Source: a virus. Taken from it: a stretch of 36,823 nucleotides of DNA. This document shows, one piece after another, positions 32,515-36,823 of this stretch. The notes below the pieces were generated by a model that had not been told where the DNA came from, did no database searches, and worked only from the letters and a program-made list of their open reading frames with translations. The stretch lies in IMG/VR virus record IMGVR_UViG_3300009083_000001, positions 1-36,823 of that record. One strand, written 5' to 3'. Position 1 is the stretch's first letter, and each line of letters begins with the position of its first letter. A program made the translations under genes and the position numbers.

Positions 32515-33102
32515 ATGGCTAGCAAGAAAGCTTTGGTGCCTGTTGCACAAATTCAGTCGCTGCAGATGCGCACCTTCCGCTTATCTCAGATATGCGACCT
32601 GGTAGACGGTGGTGTCGAGCTCACTGAAGCGGTCAGAGCAGAGTTTAACTTAGCCCTTCTCTCTCAGAGCAAAGGTATCGACGAGTTTCTTGACGACCGG
32701 GAATATCTGAAAGCCCGGATTGAGAAACTGAAAGAGATCAAGAGGGCTGCGAGTGATCAGCAAAAGAAAGACGAGGCGCTGCTAGAGGCCATATCGACTC
32801 AGGCCGTGGAGCTGATTGAGGGTAATCCCAATCTGCCGTTTAACGGCTCCCTTGAGAAGCTTGCTACAGCCAAGAACCCGCCTTCAGTCGAAGTAAACTT
32901 CCCGCTCGAGCAAAAGAGTTTTCTAAATCTGGTGACGCTCAATTTTATAAGTCTCTGCGGCGTCCCCGACCATTACTACCAAGCCGAGACGGTCTACAGG
33001 CTAAATCTCAAAGAGATTGGCGAGGACCTTAAGGCTGGCAAAGAGATTGTCTGGGCGCAACTTAAGCAAAAGAAGCGGCTTCACCTTAAGCTCAAGGACT
33101 AA
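32515..33102 (+). CDS. Gp157-like protein (family commonly found upstream of phage annealases)
   Basis: I prefer the ATG at 32515, 6 nt after GAGG; the track ORF starts at TTG 32410. 195 aa with a coiled-coil centre and the C-terminal pattern ..VPDHYY...YRLNLKEIGEDLKAGKEIVWAQL. Position is directly upstream of erf. Confidence 0.45.
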   Translation: MASKKALVPVAQIQSLQMRTFRLSQICDLVDGGVELTEAVRAEFNLALLSQSKGIDEFLDDREYLKARIEKLKEIKRAASDQQKKDEALLEAISTQAVELIEGNPNLPFNGSLEKLATAKNPPSVEVNFPLEQKSFLNLVTLNFISLCGVPDHYYQAETVYRLNLKEIGEDLKAGKEIVWAQLKQKKRLHLKLKD

Positions 33103-33107
33103 AGACT

Positions 33108-33773
33108 ATGGCGGTGGCATCTGTATCTAAAATTTATTCCGCCATGGCAGCAATCATGGCTGAGATCGGCCCGATTACTAAGTCCAAGGTCAATACAGCT
33201 CAGAACTTTAAGTTTCGCGGCATAGACGACGTCTATAACCATGTGAATGCCATTATGGCGAAGAACGGCGTGTTCTCGATGCCGACGGTTCTTGAGGACC
33301 GCACTGAGGAGCGGCAGGCCAGAGGCGGCGGGAATCTGATCTACCGGATGCTCAAGATCAAATACACTTTCTTTGCCTCCGATGGTTCTAACGTCGACTG
33401 TGTGGTGATTGGTGAGGGGATGGACTCTGGTGACAAGGCGAGCAACAAAGCCATGTCGGTGGCGCACAAATATGCCTTGATTCAGGCCTTTTGCATTATT
33501 ACCGAAGACCTTATTGATCCCGACAAAGAGAGTCATGAGACAGCTCCCAAGGAAAAGAAGGTGGACGCTGTTTATGTTCCCTTTGAAAGCGCTGCCAAGT
33601 CAAAGGTCGAGACGGTCTACCAGGGAAGGGACGACCAGCAACAGGTGGTCTTTAAGATCCTTCAAGGCATGAGCGCTCCTGAGCAGTATTGGGAGGAGAT
33701 TCACAACCGTCTAATTGGTCACCCAGTGTCGGCACTCAAAGCGATTGTGGACGACGTCAGATTGGGTCTTTGA
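33108..33773 (+). CDS. erf: ERF-family single-strand annealing protein
   Basis: 221 aa. NFKFRGIDDVYNHVNAIMAKNGV...DSGDKASNKAMSVAHKYALIQAFCI matches the ERF signature. Confidence 0.8.
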   Translation: MAVASVSKIYSAMAAIMAEIGPITKSKVNTAQNFKFRGIDDVYNHVNAIMAKNGVFSMPTVLEDRTEERQARGGGNLIYRMLKIKYTFFASDGSNVDCVVIGEGMDSGDKASNKAMSVAHKYALIQAFCIITEDLIDPDKESHETAPKEKKVDAVYVPFESAAKSKVETVYQGRDDQQQVVFKILQGMSAPEQYWEEIHNRLIGHPVSALKAIVDDVRLGL

Positions 33774-34147
33774 TGAGTTTCAAAACAGTCCTGCTTGTAA
33801 AGCCAGTCGGTAAAGGCAGGCCGCGCTTTGGCAAAGGCAGAACCTACACGGATGAGAAGACTGTTTCGGCAGAGGCTGAGATTAGGTTTCTGTTGCGCGC
33901 CGATAAAGCGCCGAAGCTTGATGGTCCGGTTTACATGTCGGTGGCTATTTACCTGAAACGCCCGAAGTCGATTCCCAAGAGCAGAGTGTTTCCCTGCGTG
34001 CGCCCGGACTTAGACAATTACCTGAAGCTGATCCTAGACGCTGGAAACGGGCTTCTCTTTGACGACGATGCTCAGGTGGTGTCTGCCACAGTCAGCAAGT
34101 TTTACGGCGCTCCAGAACGCATAGAGTTAATCGTGGAGTCCGCATGA
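33773..34147 (+). CDS. rusA: RusA-family Holliday junction resolvase
   Basis: The ATG at 33773 overlaps the erf stop. 124 aa. KGRPRF...RPDLDNYLKLILDAGNGLLFDDDAQV is the RusA motif. Confidence 0.8.
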   Translation: MSFKTVLLVKPVGKGRPRFGKGRTYTDEKTVSAEAEIRFLLRADKAPKLDGPVYMSVAIYLKRPKSIPKSRVFPCVRPDLDNYLKLILDAGNGLLFDDDAQVVSATVSKFYGAPERIELIVESA

Positions 34148-34332
34148 CCAGGTTCTATGACGACGTCGATCGCGCTCAATGGGATGAAGAAAAAATAAGC
34201 CTTTTGGAAGCTTGGCGCGTACTCATTGAAGAAGAGGAGGAGCTTGAAACCAGGCTCCATGAGATTGAGAGAGCGCGCCATCTTTTGAAAGAAGAAGCCA
34301 AAGTCTACAAGTTAAACTTAGACGAGGTTTAG
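34144..34332 (+). CDS. Hypothetical coiled-coil protein
   Basis: 62-aa ORF with an ATGA overlap to rusA. Confidence 0.55.
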   Translation: MTRFYDDVDRAQWDEEKISLLEAWRVLIEEEEELETRLHEIERARHLLKEEAKVYKLNLDEV

Positions 34333-34333
34333 T

Positions 34334-34585
34334 ATGCAAAAAGAAGACATCATCAGAATCCATGAGCCAATGACAGTCTCAGAGCTTAAGGCTGGCAAAG
34401 ACGCTATGCATATTCATATCGAGCGGGCGCTGCTCGTCTCCGAAATGCGTGGCATTGCGATCCAGCTGATCTTGGGGAAGCCCGAGGATCTACCGGCGCT
34501 TTCCCTCAGTTTGATGGAACAATCACAGAAATTCAAAGAGTATGCAGAAAAGCGTGACAAATTCTTTGAAGAGCACAGCGCCTAA
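34334..34585 (+). CDS. Hypothetical protein
   Basis: 83-aa ORF, tightly packed. Confidence 0.55.
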   Translation: MQKEDIIRIHEPMTVSELKAGKDAMHIHIERALLVSEMRGIAIQLILGKPEDLPALSLSLMEQSQKFKEYAEKRDKFFEEHSA

Positions 34586-34719
34586 TGAAACAAAAACTAT
34601 ATATCCTTCTAGACATCATTATCGGTGGCCCGTTTCTGCTCCTGACCTTCGCATTCGTCATTATATTTTCGCTGTTTGGATGGGATGGGGAAAAGAAAAA
34701 AAGGAGCGAAGATGACTGA
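34585..34719 (+). CDS. Candidate 44-aa single-pass membrane protein
   Basis: Hand-translated MKQKLYILLDIIIGGPFLLLTFAFVIIFSLFGWDGEKKKRSEDD. TAATG overlap with the upstream gene. Below the track cutoff. Confidence 0.45.
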   Translation: MKQKLYILLDIIIGGPFLLLTFAFVIIFSLFGWDGEKKKRSEDD

Positions 34720-34861
34720 ATTTCAATACGAGCTCATAAAACTGGTTGCCGCGATTAACGACAACTTGATCACCTTCATGGAGGACTATGCTCGTGTCCA
34801 TGCTCCTCGCAGGGACTGGGATATTCCGATGGCTAAGGATGATGGGGATCTTCCAGAGTAA
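34712..34861 (+). CDS. Hypothetical protein
   Basis: ATG at 34712, 5 nt after AAGGAG. 49 aa. The track version starts upstream at 34676. Confidence 0.5.
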   Translation: MTEFQYELIKLVAAINDNLITFMEDYARVHAPRRDWDIPMAKDDGDLPE

Positions 34862-34918
34862 TGGAAACTATATTTTTATTTGGATGGAAACGATAACAGT
34901 TAATTGAAAGAGGTCATC

Positions 34919-35104
34919 GTGAGCATTATCAGTATTATTATTTTAATCGCACTAGCAGGCTTTGTCGCGTGGCTAGTAATGCAAATTCCCATGCCGCCAC
35001 CGTTTCGCAACGTCTTGCTAGGTGTGCTTATCCTGCTACTCATTATCTGGGTGCTTCAGCAGCTCGGCGTCATGCCCTCGCTCGGAGGTCTGCGAATAAA
35101 GTGA
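34919..35104 (+). CDS. Small two-TM membrane protein
   Basis: GTG at 34919, 5 nt after GAGG. 61 aa, SIISIIILIALAGFVAWLV...LLGVLILLLIIWVL. Confidence 0.55.
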   Translation: MSIISIIILIALAGFVAWLVMQIPMPPPFRNVLLGVLILLLIIWVLQQLGVMPSLGGLRIK

Positions 35105-35271
35105 GATTTATTGGAGCGTCATGCTGCGCAACCTTTGCTCTCTTTGGCTGGTGGCAGATAACTCGGCTTGTTCCCGAGCCGTTCCTTTGGCAAATTAGGT
35201 GGTATGGATATGGTTTCATGACGGCGGTTCTTGTTTTCACGTCACTTGAAGAGATTTTAAAGCGTGATTGA
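35101..35271 (+). CDS. Candidate small membrane protein
   Basis: The GTG at 35101 overlaps the upstream stop (GTGA). 56 aa with hydrophobic, Trp-rich segments. The track ORF 34969-35271 starts inside the previous gene. Confidence 0.4.
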   Translation: MRFIGASCCATFALFGWWQITRLVPEPFLWQIRWYGYGFMTAVLVFTSLEEILKRD

Positions 35272-35311
35272 CACCAAATTCAAAAATCCTAGATGCGTAG
35301 AGAGCAAATAA

Positions 35312-35545
35312 ATGAGCTTCACCCAAGTATCTGACCACAACACGCACACGGCTTCCAAAGAAGAGCTTGAATCAAGAGTCAAGTATCTTGAGAATCTCTT
35401 GGCACAATATAGAGACCAGTTCGAGACACTCTCGGGTTTGGTTTATCAAATCATTACTGATGGATTCCAGCCCGAACAGGTGTTTCAGCTACATAAACAT
35501 ATTAAGGCTGTAGCATTGGATCTTGCGAAACTAGCCGACATCTAA
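35312..35545 (+). CDS. Hypothetical protein
   Basis: 77-aa ORF, last gene of the plus block. Its stop overlaps the convergent minus-strand stop. Confidence 0.55.
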   Translation: MSFTQVSDHNTHTASKEELESRVKYLENLLAQYRDQFETLSGLVYQIITDGFQPEQVFQLHKHIKAVALDLAKLADI

Positions 35546-35763
35546 AACTTCTTGCTAACGCTCCACACCTTCCAGTCCAACTTCTGATCAGCACCAGACC
35601 TAAACAGTGGCGTTAAAGCGCCAATGACCACTAGCAGTGTGTCAGCGTTGTTCCTGATCCACTCCCCCGCTGGCGGGTAAGCTTTCCCCAAAAGCCCGCC
35701 CGCTAGGCTCAAAATCCCGAGGTAAAACGTCTTGCTTTCCAGTGGTGACTTCTTGTCTTCCAT
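35542..35763 (-). CDS. Small two-TM membrane protein (holin-like candidate)
   Basis: I prefer the ATG at 35763, 7 nt after AAGGAG. 73 aa. TFYLGILSLAGGLLG and TLLVVIGALTPLF are hydrophobic segments. Confidence 0.45.
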   Translation of the reverse strand: MEDKKSPLESKTFYLGILSLAGGLLGKAYPPAGEWIRNNADTLLVVIGALTPLFRSGADQKLDWKVWSVSKKF

Positions 35764-35962
35764 CGCCATTCTCCTTGTATAAAAGACGCCGCACAGTCCC
35801 GAATTTCTTTCTAACAAGCCCGGTGCCTTTGCCCTCTAGCTCCCGGATCTTGGCGTGGGCTTGATCAAGGTCTTTCCTGCACTGATTTTGCAGATAAGCC
35901 ATGATGATCCCGGCTATGGCTAGGATGATTTTGCCAACGGCATCTATTTGTTCGGTGGCCAT
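35642..35962 (-). CDS. Small protein with an N-terminal TM helix and a coiled-coil segment
   Basis: 106-aa ORF starting at the fibre gene stop. VGKIILAIAGIIMAYL is followed by DLDQAHAKIRELEG. Its 3' third overlaps the next ORF out of frame. Confidence 0.45.
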   Translation of the reverse strand: MATEQIDAVGKIILAIAGIIMAYLQNQCRKDLDQAHAKIRELEGKGTGLVRKKFGTVRRLLYKENGDGRQEVTTGKQDVLPRDFEPSGRAFGESLPASGGVDQEQR

Positions 35963-36823
35963 TATGCGACTCCAAAGTTGAATTGAGCGGTAAGGAAGTC
36001 CTTTACTTCGTCTAGCTCAGTTCTTAGAGCGGCATTTTGAGCGGCAAGATCTTGAATAGCGTTAATGGCTGCCCAGTGAATCGGATCGACATTGAGTTCT
36101 AGGTAACCGCTTGAGCTCTCAGACACAGCCTCAGGGATGACCGTCAGCACCTCTTGCGCCACGAATCCAATTTGATCTTTGTCTGAGACAAGGCCGAGGG
36201 GGTTGTTATCTTTATATCTAAACATGACGGGCCTAAGGGCCAATATTTCGGTCAAACCTGGAGCGTAATCACCGATGACGTCTTTTAAGCGAGAATCAGA
36301 GGTGTTCGTCCAAGCGGTCCCGGTGCTAAGGCCGGCAGTGCCGACGACCTGCAATTTGTGGGTGGGGTTTGTAATCGCAATGCCAACGTTGCCGCTGCCT
36401 AGAATCCGCATTTTTTCCGTGCGGGAACCGGCATTGGTCGTTTCAAACGCCAATTCTCCAGTAACACTCCCAACGGTGTGGGAGGGATAGCTTGCAAGAA
36501 TTTTGGCGGCTGCAATAGTCGTTCCTCCCGTGTCAAATGTTTGGAAGCTTATAGAGGCAGCGTTGTTGTTCGTCGAGTCGGTATTGATCAATGCTAAACA
36601 AACGGCTCCGGCTCCGGAGCCGGCGTCAGTGACAGAAACTTGAACTTTGTTGGATGGTGTTGTCGTCCCGAAGCCAACATTCCCGCTACTATCAATGGTA
36701 ATAGCCGTGGATGCAGCGTTGTCGTCAATTCCCGTGGACGCGAAATTACTAATTGTGCCGCCATCGACAGCATTGCCACTGATTGAGTCGGCTGCATAAG
36801 TAACGCCGGAAATCGTGCCGCCG
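35962..36823 (-). CDS. Tail fibre protein, 3' part, with a C-terminal peptidase-S74-type intramolecular chaperone domain
   Basis: The frame stays open upstream of the track's TTG (36591) to the window end. It joins 1-1787 in frame (1787 + 739 = 2526 nt = 842 codons). SDSRLKDVIGDY..GLTEILALRPVMFRYK..IGFVAQEV..IPEAV..LNVDPIHWAAINAIQDL is typical of the endosialidase/tail-fibre autoproteolytic chaperone. Confidence 0.8.
   Translation of the reverse strand, partial: GGTISGVTYAADSISGNAVDGGTISNFASTGIDDNAASTAITIDSSGNVGFGTTTPSNKVQVSVTDAGSGAGAVCLALINTDSTNNNAASISFQTFDTGGTTIAAAKILASYPSHTVGSVTGELAFETTNAGSRTEKMRILGSGNVGIAITNPTHKLQVVGTAGLSTGTAWTNTSDSRLKDVIGDYAPGLTEILALRPVMFRYKDNNPLGLVSDKDQIGFVAQEVLTVIPEAVSESSSGYLELNVDPIHWAAINAIQDLAAQNAALRTELDEVKDFLTAQFNFGVA
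36701..36823. repeat. Terminal overlap identical to 1-123
   Basis: 123/123 identical by direct comparison. Confidence 0.95.

Noticed and set aside
35542-35962. The overlapping ORF pair might be a classical embedded Rz/Rz1 spanin pair.
   Set aside because: The second ORF has no lipobox Cys after a signal-like segment and instead has two hydrophobic helices. Only the first ORF looks i-spanin-like. It is kept as a low-confidence lysis candidate only.

Overview
The window is a complete, circularly closed tailed-phage genome with podovirus-like architecture. Bases 1-123 are identical to 36701-36823, so the unique length is 36,700 bp. It has four transcription blocks. (A) A minus-strand packaging and virion block runs 23535->1 and wraps to 36700->35542. 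It encodes a TerS-like protein, TerL, a scaffold-like protein, an HK97-type major capsid protein, two fibre-like proteins, an extremely acidic protein, adaptor- and nozzle-like proteins, the portal, and four low-complexity internal-virion-like proteins. It ends with two more fibre genes; the last crosses the artificial junction and carries a peptidase-S74-type intramolecular chaperone domain. (B) A short plus block, 23644-25687, encodes a Lys-rich AT-hook protein, a Zn-ribbon protein, an M15 endolysin and a P-loop kinase-like protein. (C) A minus block, 32089->25719, encodes an XRE-type HTH regulator, a replication-organiser-like protein, a G39P-like protein, an ECF-type sigma factor and a Zn-ribbon/HTH protein. 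(D) A plus block, 32515-35545, encodes a Gp157-like protein, an ERF annealase, RusA and several small membrane proteins. I recognised no integrase, DNA or RNA polymerase, tRNA or CRISPR array. The most unusual content is at the distal end of block C (25719-28311). There, a small conserved phage-domain gene is followed by an overlapping -1-frame ORF that is an almost perfect dipeptide repeat. This pairing occurs two and a half times. One repeat ORF is acidic and aromatic, (Gly-X)48. Two are basic and Trp-rich, (Ser-X)n. A duplication/deletion scar lies next to them. I know of no described function for this arrangement. All functional calls come from reading the translated ORFs and recalling motifs; no database search was possible.
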